From an uncultured cyanobacterium (GTDB taxonomy: Bacteria; Cyanobacteriota; Cyanobacteriia; Cyanobacteriales; Cyanobacteriaceae), in NCBI GenBank assembly GCA_963749915.1, contig CAVVOP010000022.1:128001-192000 (forward strand): a stretch of DNA of 64,000 nt, written 5' to 3'. Below the pieces are notes generated by a model. The model did no database searches, was not told where the DNA came from, and saw nothing but the letters and a program-made list of their open reading frames with translations. Below are positions 1 to 9,201 of the stretch, in pieces. Position 1 is the stretch's first letter. The number at the start of each line of letters is the position of its first letter. The translations under genes and the position numbers were made by a program.

Positions 1-1
1 A

Positions 2-1576
2 GGCATTTATCGAGAAGATGCAGTTTATATTCCCCAGGAAGTCTTAGAGTTACCCACTATCACAGATGATATTCCCTTAGTTGTGATCAAAGCGATAACA
101 GCGGAAGAAATTCTGGATAACATCATTAATTTAGCGGATGGTATTGCCTTAGCACAAGAAACCCTTAATGATATTATGACGATCGTCAAAAGTCATGATT
201 ACGATCCCAGTTTTGTAGAGAAAATAGACAATCGAGAATTAAAAGCCTTATTATACGATTTCTATGGCATCGTACCATCTGAGCCGGTAGAATTTTTACG
301 TCATTTAATCAGTAAACTAACCGATGAATCTTTACTGATCAAAAATAAAGATCTCATCGATAAAATTAAACAATCTAACGGTAAATTTTTAGATACTTTA
401 CTCAAAGATGCACCAGATGATTTAGCTTCTATTTTCTTTCGCTTTAAACCCTTATTCTTAGCAATGAAGTCGATTTCTAATAACAAAAGATATTTTAATC
501 AGTTAAGAAAAAAAGCAAATAAATTACATAAACCTCTCCCACAAGATTATCTCAATAGTGTTAGTAGTCAAATCAAGTATGAAAAATTAAATTTAGAAAC
601 TTTAGTAGAAAGACTGAAAAAAGCAACTATTTTTCGAAAAATTCGCCTCGCTTATGCCTTAAAATATCGTCTAAGTGCCTCAGATTCTATTGTTTATCGA
701 GTCAGAAATGGGCGTGGTTGGACCACAGAATTTGACTTTGAATGGTGGGAAGTTGTCCAAGAAAAAACTCAAAAAGCATTGGATATAGTTGTCGATTCTA
801 TTGTTGATGATGTGAAAAAAAATGTTGAGGGTAAAACTCTTTATATTCCCAATCATGTTTATTATGCTTTACCCGCTACTGAGAAACAATTTACGGGATA
901 CTTACCAACTGGTACTTATGTTTTAACTCCAGAAGATATGATTGTCGGTATCCATTGGACAAATACTGAAAAAAAGAGAGTAGATTTAGACTTATCTGTA
1001 ATTGGCGAATCAGGTAAAATCGGTTGGGATGCGGCTTATCGTTCCCAAGAAAAAGAGGTATTATTCTCTGGGGATGTTACAGACGCACCCCCGCCTAATG
1101 GTGCTTCAGAGCTTTTCTATCTTAAACAAGCACACCAAGAAGCAAGAATATTAAAAGTAAATTACTATAATTTTGCCAAGGGTGATAAAGTAGAAGCTAA
1201 GATCTTGGTAGCGCAAGAAAAACCCAAAAATTTTGGGACTAACTATATGGTGGATGTAAATAAAATGATTGCTTCAGCCAATATAAATATTACTAAAAAA
1301 CAAAATATTCTTGGTTTGATTGTTAATATAAATGAAGAAAATAGGTTTTATTTTGCTAACATAAGCATTGGTAATTCGATTACTTCTAGTAATAATAAAC
1401 AGTCCCAACAGGCAAGAAAATATCTAGTGAGTAAGTTGGTTAATTCCCTTGATTTGAGAGAAATTTTAACGATGGCGGGTGCCAAAATTGTGGATGAAAT
1501 ACCTGAAGAAGAAGAATCTATTAATCTGTCTCCAAAGGCATTAGATAAAACAACTATTATCAATTTAATTAGGTAA
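2..1576 (+). CDS. Hypothetical protein with C-terminal TerD-like motifs; 5'-truncated by the window
   Basis: The frame is open from position 2, upstream of the track start at 83. The C-terminal part has VDLDLS...GKIGWD...FSGDVTDAP..GASE, resembling TerD-type domains. Confidence 0.55.
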   Translation, partial: GIYREDAVYIPQEVLELPTITDDIPLVVIKAITAEEILDNIINLADGIALAQETLNDIMTIVKSHDYDPSFVEKIDNRELKALLYDFYGIVPSEPVEFLRHLISKLTDESLLIKNKDLIDKIKQSNGKFLDTLLKDAPDDLASIFFRFKPLFLAMKSISNNKRYFNQLRKKANKLHKPLPQDYLNSVSSQIKYEKLNLETLVERLKKATIFRKIRLAYALKYRLSASDSIVYRVRNGRGWTTEFDFEWWEVVQEKTQKALDIVVDSIVDDVKKNVEGKTLYIPNHVYYALPATEKQFTGYLPTGTYVLTPEDMIVGIHWTNTEKKRVDLDLSVIGESGKIGWDAAYRSQEKEVLFSGDVTDAPPPNGASELFYLKQAHQEARILKVNYYNFAKGDKVEAKILVAQEKPKNFGTNYMVDVNKMIASANINITKKQNILGLIVNINEENRFYFANISIGNSITSSNNKQSQQARKYLVSKLVNSLDLREILTMAGAKIVDEIPEEEESINLSPKALDKTTIINLIR

Positions 1577-1828
1577 TCGTAGCTGGGGTTTTTTGTCGGA
1601 ACCCTAGTTGCTGTTGTCCCTAACCGGATATTCTCCCAAATCCAGTTGAAATAACTGATTACTTCCCTCTCTATTCCTCAACTTAAAATTGTCAGAGTGC
1701 TAGCTGCGACCAAATAATGTTTGAAATAGACAGATAAAGGTATTAAGGTAGAAAGTATCCATTTCCTAAATTAAACATAGGGCAGGATAAAAATCTAATT
1801 TGGTTGTTATTTTCAGCTTACTACCTTT

Positions 1829-2650
1829 GTGCTTGTGACCAGACTTGCAATTCGGATGATGGGAAAAATATTGTTATCGGCTTTAATCGGCTACCTAACG
1901 TTATTGTTGCTCGTTTTTATATTTCAATGGAAATTGCTTTATTTGCCTAGCCAATTTCGCTTGTCAGAGGAAGCGGCACTTGAGGAAGGCTTAGTTTATT
2001 GGCCTTCGTTTGAAGATTATCGGGGATTTATCGGTCAGGAAAAAGCGGCCTCCGCAGAGGGAACCGTCATCATCTTTCACGGCAATGCCGGCGCAGCTTA
2101 TCATCGTTATTTCTACGTCAAAGCACTCTCAGCTTTAGGTTTACGAGTTATTTTGGCCGAGTATCCTGGTTATGGAGGCCGACCCGGACAACCCAGTGAA
2201 GAGATCTTGGTCAAGGATGCCTTGGAAACTATAGGGCTTACCTATCGGCAGTACGGCGAGCCTCTGTTCGTTTGGGGTGAGTCACTGGGGAGTGGAGTCG
2301 TTTCCAGTGCGGTTAGTCAAACTGACATCCCCTTAAAAGGAGTGGTCCTGTTTCTGCCCTGGGATTCGTTAGCGAGTTTGGCTCAAACACACTATTGGTA
2401 TTTTCCCGCACGCTGGTTAATACTAGATAAATACAATAATATTGATAACTTACGACAATTTGAAGGGAATGTCGCTGTCATACTAGCTGAAAACGATGAG
2501 GTTGTTCCCGTACAGCACGGCCAAAAGCTCTATGATTCAATTACAACCAGGAAAAAACTATGGTTGTTCGCCAAAGCAACACATAATGAGATGCCAGTTG
2601 CAGCAGAATTAAAGTGGTGGAAAGAGGTCATCGAATTTATTTCCCAGTGA
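1829..2650 (+). CDS. Alpha/beta hydrolase with N-terminal membrane anchor
   Basis: FHGNAG, EYPGYG, nucleophile GESLG, DEVVP and a C-terminal His (HNE). Confidence 0.85.
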   Translation: MLVTRLAIRMMGKILLSALIGYLTLLLLVFIFQWKLLYLPSQFRLSEEAALEEGLVYWPSFEDYRGFIGQEKAASAEGTVIIFHGNAGAAYHRYFYVKALSALGLRVILAEYPGYGGRPGQPSEEILVKDALETIGLTYRQYGEPLFVWGESLGSGVVSSAVSQTDIPLKGVVLFLPWDSLASLAQTHYWYFPARWLILDKYNNIDNLRQFEGNVAVILAENDEVVPVQHGQKLYDSITTRKKLWLFAKATHNEMPVAAELKWWKEVIEFISQ

Positions 2651-2785
2651 GACCCTCGTCATTGTCTCAAGGTTTGGTTAACTAAAAGGCGATCCCCATT
2701 GTTCTCTTGTTAATTATTTCGGCAACCCTCAGAGCAAGCAGTACAGGTTTTGAATTTTGGAGAATCATCTTCAGAACTGCATTAT

Positions 2786-3760
2786 TTACGTCCAACTACG
2801 GAAAAAATTAGTTTCTTGCCATGTTTGGGCGGTAAGTTGTTCAATCTCTGTTAATTGTTTTTCTGTCAAGGGTTGGAACTGTTGAGCAACCCGAACATTA
2901 CTCTCCAATTGGGCGGCATTTTCGGCCGCAATAACGCAACAATGAACACCTGCTAAAGACAAAACATAACCCATGGCTTGTTCCATTCCTGTTAATACTC
3001 CTTTTTTAAATAATTTCCCATAAGCAGGTATTTTCATCGTAACTACGCCAACATTCTTTTCTTGAGCTACAGGGAGAACAGTCGGTGCAAAGGGACGAGG
3101 ATGGTGAATATCGGCTGCATTCAAGGAGATTAAGGTCATATCAAAAGGATAACGTTGTAACGCTTCAGCAATAACATCTGGTTCATGATGCCCAGTTATG
3201 CCCGAAAAACGGATAATTTTTTGCTCTTTAGCTTCTTCTATAGTTCTGGCGGCACCATTTTTAGCAAATATCTGTTCTAATTCTTCTGGGAATGAAATAT
3301 GATGGAGTTGCCAAATATCCAAATAATCCGTTGTGAGTCTTTTTAGCGATCGCTCTAATTCTCTCCAGGCACTGTCTCGGTCTAGTTTTGCTGTTTTACT
3401 GGCAATAATTATTTGCTGACGATAGGGAGATAATGCTTGCCCCAAATACTCTTCCGAGGGGCCATAACTAGCCGCCGTGTCAAAATAGCGTATTCCTAAA
3501 TTGATAGCAGCTTCGATGATAGAATAGGATTCAGCCGCTTTTCCCCGATGAGATAAAGGTGTCTTTCCAGCACCTCCTAAACCCAAAAGGGGAACAGAAA
3601 GTCCTGTTCTACCTAAAATTCTCTCAGGCATAGGATTGATTGGAGCAGCCAAGGAAGCTCGTTTAACTAATGGTTCTCGACCACAAGCAACTGTTGTTAC
3701 CGTTGTTATTCCCGCTAAGATTAAGTTTCGTCTGCTAATTAAGTGCTTATTCGTGAACAT
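2786..3760 (-). CDS. Aldo/keto reductase with Tat-like/lipoprotein signal
   Basis: LGRTG..LGLG, FDTAASYG, SLKRLTTDYLDIWQLH; N-terminal SRRNLI...VAC. Confidence 0.85.
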   Translation of the reverse strand: MFTNKHLISRRNLILAGITTVTTVACGREPLVKRASLAAPINPMPERILGRTGLSVPLLGLGGAGKTPLSHRGKAAESYSIIEAAINLGIRYFDTAASYGPSEEYLGQALSPYRQQIIIASKTAKLDRDSAWRELERSLKRLTTDYLDIWQLHHISFPEELEQIFAKNGAARTIEEAKEQKIIRFSGITGHHEPDVIAEALQRYPFDMTLISLNAADIHHPRPFAPTVLPVAQEKNVGVVTMKIPAYGKLFKKGVLTGMEQAMGYVLSLAGVHCCVIAAENAAQLESNVRVAQQFQPLTEKQLTEIEQLTAQTWQETNFFRSWT

Positions 3761-3886
3761 TGACTGTATCTTCCCAGAGAAAGTTTGATATATGGATCTA
3801 TGATTTCCCGTTGATTCTCAGCTAATAATAGTCTTGGATAGAACCCAATGGCAAGATAAAAATATTTTCATAATTAGTCTAATTTT

Positions 3887-3946
3887 TAACTGTCCTTCGG
3901 GCGAGGCAGAAGGGAAAATTTTTAGACCAGGAAAAAAGCCTTTTTG
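3887..3946. repeat. Dispersed repeat, short copy (long copy at 31621-31758)
   Basis: TAACTGYCCTTCGGGCGAGGCAGAAGG and GGGAAAATTTTTAGACCA.GAAAAAAGCCTTTTTG are shared with 31621-31758. Confidence 0.75.
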
Positions 3947-3989
3947 TCTCGCCCAATTGGGTTTAAGTCCCCCGTACCCAATTGTTGTT

Positions 3990-4130
3990 TTAATTTTTTT
4001 CTTTGTAAGGATCACCCTCAAAAGGCTGGGCACCTGTTTCGGGATAGTCGTCTTCGCTGGCACTAAAAATACGACGGACTCCACTGCCAATATATTGAAT
4101 AAAGTTCTGTAACCATTTGAAGATATTCAT
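3990..4130 (-). CDS. 46-aa small protein, Norf1-like cyanobacterial family (absent from ORF track)
   Basis: Translates as MNIFKWLQNFIQYIGSGVRRIFSASEDDYPETGAQPFEGDPYKEKN*. GGAGG SD upstream. The RIF...DDYP..G.QPF.G motif is recalled from small cyanobacterial proteins. Confidence 0.7.
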   Translation of the reverse strand: MNIFKWLQNFIQYIGSGVRRIFSASEDDYPETGAQPFEGDPYKEKN

Positions 4131-4299
4131 AGCTTTTAATCCTCCATCTATTGTTGGGATGATTAACCTCTCTTCTAGTCTAAACTAAACCGACAATATA
4201 TTTCCTTAACCGAAAAGTATTGAGCGTCATCCGATTAAACAAAACCAAAAAGCACCCCCTATTACTAGAAAGTGTTTTTTATTTATTATTTAGTTGTCA

Positions 4300-6411
4300 T
4301 TATTTGTCTGTGTGTCTGTCTAAAAATGCTAAAAAATCTTCCTCTTTTAATGGTTTACTCAGTAACCATCCTTGGATAATATCACAGTTAAGATGTTTTA
4401 ATAATTTTTTCTGATTTTCCATTTCTACTCCCTCAGCTACCACCATCATATTATATCCTTTTGCTAAGGTAATTACCGCGGAAACTAAGGCCTGATCCTG
4501 TTTATTTACAGCTAAGTCAACGATAAAAGATTGATCTATCTTGATGATATGAAAAGGGAATTTTTTTAAGTAACCAAAAGAAGAATAACCCGTACCAAAG
4601 TCATCTAAAGAAAATTTTACTCCCAGACTAGACAATTCACCAATAATAAGTTCTGTTCTTGTCACATCCTGCATTAAAAGACTTTCGGTAATTTCTAATT
4701 CTAAATACTGAGGATCAAATTGCGTTTTGTCTAAAATATCTTTGACTTGTTCGACAAAATCTTCTTGTTGAAATTGTTTGACAGAAACATTGACGGCTAT
4801 AATTAGATTTTTATAACCCAAATCATGCCATTTTTTACCGTAAATACAGGCATTTTCCAATACCCATTTCCCAATCGGTATAATTAAACCAGTTTCTTCT
4901 GCTAAAGGAATAAATTTCGCTGGAGAAACCATGTCCAAACTGGGATGTCGCCAACGTAATAATACTTCTACACCGGAAATACGATTAATTTTTAAGTCTA
5001 ATTGGGGTTGAAAATTTAAAAATAATTCTTTATTTTCTAAGGCATTATATAAAGAGTTTTCCAACTCAAATAAGAGAGTTTGTTCCTGACTTAATTTAGT
5101 TGTATAAAATTGACAATTATTTTTGCCCATTTGTTTTGCCCTAAATAAGGCAATATCAGCATTTTTAATTAATTTTTGTTCGTCTAAACCGTTGTCAGGG
5201 TAAACAGCGATTCCGATACTGCAAGTCACAAAAACTGTATATTTTTCTACTAAAAAAGGCTCTCTCAGACTATTGAGAATAAGATCAGCAACATTTCTCG
5301 CACTGGGTAAATCATCGTCTAGTGGGGCTATGACGGTAAATTCATCTCCTCCCCAACGTGCCAAAAAACAGTTGGAGGGAAGGCAAGAAACTAGACGTTG
5401 AGAAAAACCTTCTAATAATTTATCTCCTACAGTATGATTGAGAGTTTCGTTTATATTTTTAAAGCGATCGATATCAATAAAGAAAATGGCTAATGATTTT
5501 TTCTGTTCTTCTTTCTTCCCAAGATATTTTGTTAATTCCCAATAAAAAAATTCCCGATTAGGAATGCCCGTTAAAGAATCATGGTAAGCTTGATATTTCA
5601 ATTTAGCTTCAGAATTTTTGCGGCTAGTAATGTCAAAAATATAACTTCTAACTACATTTTCCCTAGACAAATAGTGAATATATTGCTCAAAATATTTATC
5701 TTGGACCTTGATTTCTCTAATGATTAATTCTTTATTTATTTGATTGCTATTATTCAAGCCAGAAGTTAAAGGATTAATGAAAATATCATCAGTTAATAAC
5801 TCTCCAAAAGATAAATTAGCGGCAGGATTTGTGTAAATTATTTTTCCGTTAAAATCAAATTCTATAATTGGATTAGGGGACAATTCAGGAAAAGATGCTA
5901 ACCTGTTAATATCTTTATTACTCAAATTTTCACTTAGATTTTCTTCCGAAATAATCAAAGTATCCTGTAGTCTTTCCCTAAAATTAAAAGATGAAGGAGT
6001 GTCTTTTTTTGATATTTTTGATAATATACCAGCAGGGGAAAAATTATCCTCTGGTAAAACACTTTCCTGTTGATAAATAGCTTTAATTTCGCTAGTGCCA
6101 AAAACAATTATATCTCCATCATGTAGTTGATGATTAATAATTCTTTTCCCATTAACTAAAATACCATTTTGACTTCTTTTACCTTTTAAATCTCCATCAA
6201 TTAAAACATATAAACTTTCCTCAGTAGCTAAATCTTTTCTGATCAAAGTACCATGGTATCTTGATACTGCATCTGAATTTAACTGAATATTATTATCAGA
6301 ATGGCGGCCAATAGAATAGATACTCTCCGTCAAAGAAATGATAGTTTGCGGTGAGACATTATCCGGATGTAATAAGATAAAATGATTTTTCTTGTTGTGA
6401 GAGTTATTCAT
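4300..6411 (-). CDS. FHA-PAS-GGDEF-EAL c-di-GMP protein with intact motifs
   Basis: FHA (IGRHSDN..SRYH..SQNG), RWGGDEF, EVLLRW, DDFGTGYSS. Confidence 0.9.
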   Translation of the reverse strand: MNNSHNKKNHFILLHPDNVSPQTIISLTESIYSIGRHSDNNIQLNSDAVSRYHGTLIRKDLATEESLYVLIDGDLKGKRSQNGILVNGKRIINHQLHDGDIIVFGTSEIKAIYQQESVLPEDNFSPAGILSKISKKDTPSSFNFRERLQDTLIISEENLSENLSNKDINRLASFPELSPNPIIEFDFNGKIIYTNPAANLSFGELLTDDIFINPLTSGLNNSNQINKELIIREIKVQDKYFEQYIHYLSRENVVRSYIFDITSRKNSEAKLKYQAYHDSLTGIPNREFFYWELTKYLGKKEEQKKSLAIFFIDIDRFKNINETLNHTVGDKLLEGFSQRLVSCLPSNCFLARWGGDEFTVIAPLDDDLPSARNVADLILNSLREPFLVEKYTVFVTCSIGIAVYPDNGLDEQKLIKNADIALFRAKQMGKNNCQFYTTKLSQEQTLLFELENSLYNALENKELFLNFQPQLDLKINRISGVEVLLRWRHPSLDMVSPAKFIPLAEETGLIIPIGKWVLENACIYGKKWHDLGYKNLIIAVNVSVKQFQQEDFVEQVKDILDKTQFDPQYLELEITESLLMQDVTRTELIIGELSSLGVKFSLDDFGTGYSSFGYLKKFPFHIIKIDQSFIVDLAVNKQDQALVSAVITLAKGYNMMVVAEGVEMENQKKLLKHLNCDIIQGWLLSKPLKEEDFLAFLDRHTDK

Positions 6412-6500
6412 TCAGGGATATGTTTTTATTCATCAATCATCAGCAATAATGCGAGTTCCTTTCGGGTTCAGATCTAGAGAACCTGATTGTCTCTAAAAGC

Positions 6501-9068
6501 TTATAAATTATAACTAGAATTAGCTAAAAATTTGTTTATATCTTCCAAATTTAAAGCTGGAGTGAACCAATTACCCTGTATTTCTTTGCAACCTAATGCT
6601 AATAACTGATCTACTTGTGCCTTAACTTCCACTCCCCCGGCAACTACTCGCAAATTTAAAATTTCAGCCATGGTCATCAGTACTTTTACCATCGCTTTCT
6701 CCAGATTATCGGCCATAAAACTTTGTATTACTGGGCGATCGATTTTTAAGGTAGAAAATTCAAACTGTTTCAAGTAACCTAAGGATATGGCCCCCGTGCC
6801 AAAATTATCCAAAGCAATCCTTACCCCTAATTCATTTAATTCTTTCAAGGTTTTGGCGGCCAATTCCATATCGGCGGCGATGGTTTTTTCGGTAATTTCT
6901 AATTCCAATAAATAAGGTTCTAATCCAGTTTTGGTTAAAATATTACTAATCATTCCCGCAAAATCAGGTTGTTGAAATTGTTGGGTAGAAATGTTAATGC
7001 AAATTGGTTGACTTCTTAATGTATTTTGTTGCCATTGTTTCCGTTGAAAACAGGCCGTTTCTATGATCCATTCACCTATAGGCACAATTAACCCTGTTTC
7101 TTCCGCTAAGGGTATAAATTGATCTGGGGTGATCCTCCCCAAATCTGGATGATCCCATCTTATTAACGCCTCTAAACCGGTGATTTTCTGTAAATCTGTC
7201 GCTATCTGGGGCTGATAGTACACAGGAAATTCATTTCGTTCTAAAGCATGGGCCAATAATTTTTCAATTCTTAATAAACGCTCAACTTCTAATTGTATTT
7301 TCTGGTCAAAAAATTTATAGTTATTACTATTGCTACCAGATTCTTTACTTTTAGATAATGCTGTTTGCCCTTGGTTAAGTAGTCCTTCCGAAGTTATATC
7401 CTCCTTCACTTTTAGTGCTACCCCCATGCTAGTTTTAAAGTAAATTTTGTGGTTATCCAAGAAAAACGGCGGTTTCAAAGATTCTAATATTCTATTACTC
7501 ACTCTTCCTACATCTTTTATGCTTCTTACTTGAGGCAACAAACAGACAAAGGTAGATAATTCCCAATGTGCTACTGTGTCACCTGAACGCAAAGATGCCC
7601 TTAAACGTTTAGCAAAACCATCTAAAATACTCGATTTGAGACTATGATTTAAATTGTGCCTATTTTCTTCCAAAATTTCCAATTCAAGAAAAATTATGCA
7701 CAATAACCCCTGATTGCGACAACTATTGGCAATGGCAGTGTTAAGCTGTTCCATAAATAATTGTCGATTAGGTAAGCCTGTTTCGAGATCATATAATCCT
7801 TGTTCCTGAATAAAAGTATCCTGGTTAATATTTCTACTACTAATCGGGCGCACAGCAAAGGATAAAATTGTTTGATCACCGTAATGAACCCAAGTGATAT
7901 TTGACTCTAATTCAACTGATGACTTATTTTTACTTTTATAAATAAATTGTTTAACAAAAGTTTTGTCTTTTTTGGCTTTTAAAATAAAATTAATTTGCTC
8001 ATCCAAAGCAGGTGTATTAAGATCGATTAAATCATATAATTTTAACGAATAAAGATCATCTAAACTATAACCTAATAAATCCGCCAAAGCATTATTAGCC
8101 TCTAAAATCTTTTTACTATTAGCATCTGCTAAGAAAATTCCATCTTTAGTTTGACTAATAAAAGCCTTATATCTTTGCTCACTTTCCTGTAATTGAGTCT
8201 CTAAAACCTTACGTTTTGTAAAATCAAAAATGTAACTTCTAATTAATTTTTTATCCGATAAATAATGAATATATTGCTCAAAAATTTGATCTTTGATGCT
8301 AACTTCTCTGACAAATAATTTATTGTTGTTGCCGTGATTTTCAATATTTTTAATTAAACCAACTAAAATAGGATGATTATCCTTTAAAGGATTATTTTTT
8401 AGTTCAGGAAATTTATTAATAGCCGAGGGATTAAGATAAGTAATTTTTCCTTCCCAATCCATTTCAATAATGGGATTTGGACTCAACTCAGGGAAAGAAG
8501 CTAACTTAGTAATATCAGTATCTTGAGTATCTTGAAAAACCGTATTCTCTTCTGACTCCATATTAGGTTCAGAAATAACTAAAGTTTGTTTTGAATCTCG
8601 ATCATACTGAGACGTTTTCCCACCCATAATAGTACTTTCAGGCTCCACAGACTGATTAAAATCACCAGATTGTAATAAAGCTAAATCAGACATACTATTC
8701 AGAACATAATAACTAGCTCGAATTTCAAAGCCTAAACGGATTACATCTTCGTGTTTTAACTCTTGAACTAAACATCTTTTATCGTTAATAAAAATGCCAT
8801 TAGTACTACGATTTCCTTGTAAATCTCCATCTAAAAGCCAATAGGAAAAACTCTTATTCTTGGTATCAGCTCTTCTTAGTAAAGTGGCGTGAAAACGAGA
8901 AACTTTTTTGGAGGATAAGGGAATTTTATTGCGAGGATCTCGGCCGATAGAATAATTTGCTTCCTCTAAAATAAGAGTTTTGCGTGAATGTTCTTCTTCT
9001 AGCACTAAAACATGAGTAACAGTCTGTAAATCTCGATTTAAAGTTGTTTTGTTATAGTCGTTATTCAT
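6501..9068 (-). CDS. FHA-PAS-PAS-GGDEF(degenerate)-EAL protein
   Basis: FHA (IGRD..SRFH..STNG); GGDEF replaced by ELSTF; EALIRW; DNFGTG. Confidence 0.88.
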   Translation of the reverse strand: MNNDYNKTTLNRDLQTVTHVLVLEEEHSRKTLILEEANYSIGRDPRNKIPLSSKKVSRFHATLLRRADTKNKSFSYWLLDGDLQGNRSTNGIFINDKRCLVQELKHEDVIRLGFEIRASYYVLNSMSDLALLQSGDFNQSVEPESTIMGGKTSQYDRDSKQTLVISEPNMESEENTVFQDTQDTDITKLASFPELSPNPIIEMDWEGKITYLNPSAINKFPELKNNPLKDNHPILVGLIKNIENHGNNNKLFVREVSIKDQIFEQYIHYLSDKKLIRSYIFDFTKRKVLETQLQESEQRYKAFISQTKDGIFLADANSKKILEANNALADLLGYSLDDLYSLKLYDLIDLNTPALDEQINFILKAKKDKTFVKQFIYKSKNKSSVELESNITWVHYGDQTILSFAVRPISSRNINQDTFIQEQGLYDLETGLPNRQLFMEQLNTAIANSCRNQGLLCIIFLELEILEENRHNLNHSLKSSILDGFAKRLRASLRSGDTVAHWELSTFVCLLPQVRSIKDVGRVSNRILESLKPPFFLDNHKIYFKTSMGVALKVKEDITSEGLLNQGQTALSKSKESGSNSNNYKFFDQKIQLEVERLLRIEKLLAHALERNEFPVYYQPQIATDLQKITGLEALIRWDHPDLGRITPDQFIPLAEETGLIVPIGEWIIETACFQRKQWQQNTLRSQPICINISTQQFQQPDFAGMISNILTKTGLEPYLLELEITEKTIAADMELAAKTLKELNELGVRIALDNFGTGAISLGYLKQFEFSTLKIDRPVIQSFMADNLEKAMVKVLMTMAEILNLRVVAGGVEVKAQVDQLLALGCKEIQGNWFTPALNLEDINKFLANSSYNL

Positions 9069-9201
9069 AAGATATTAAAAGTATGTAGCTTTTGTGTTGT
9101 AGTAATGACGAATTAAGATGTAAAATTGAAACAATACTTGATAATCAATTATAAAATGGCAGACAGAAAAAAAATAATGTTTTATTGCTCATGACTAATT
9201 G

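Noticed and set aside
3818..4112. ORFs of 90 and 92 aa
   Set aside because: Shadows of the 46-aa ORF and the dispersed repeat, with no motifs.
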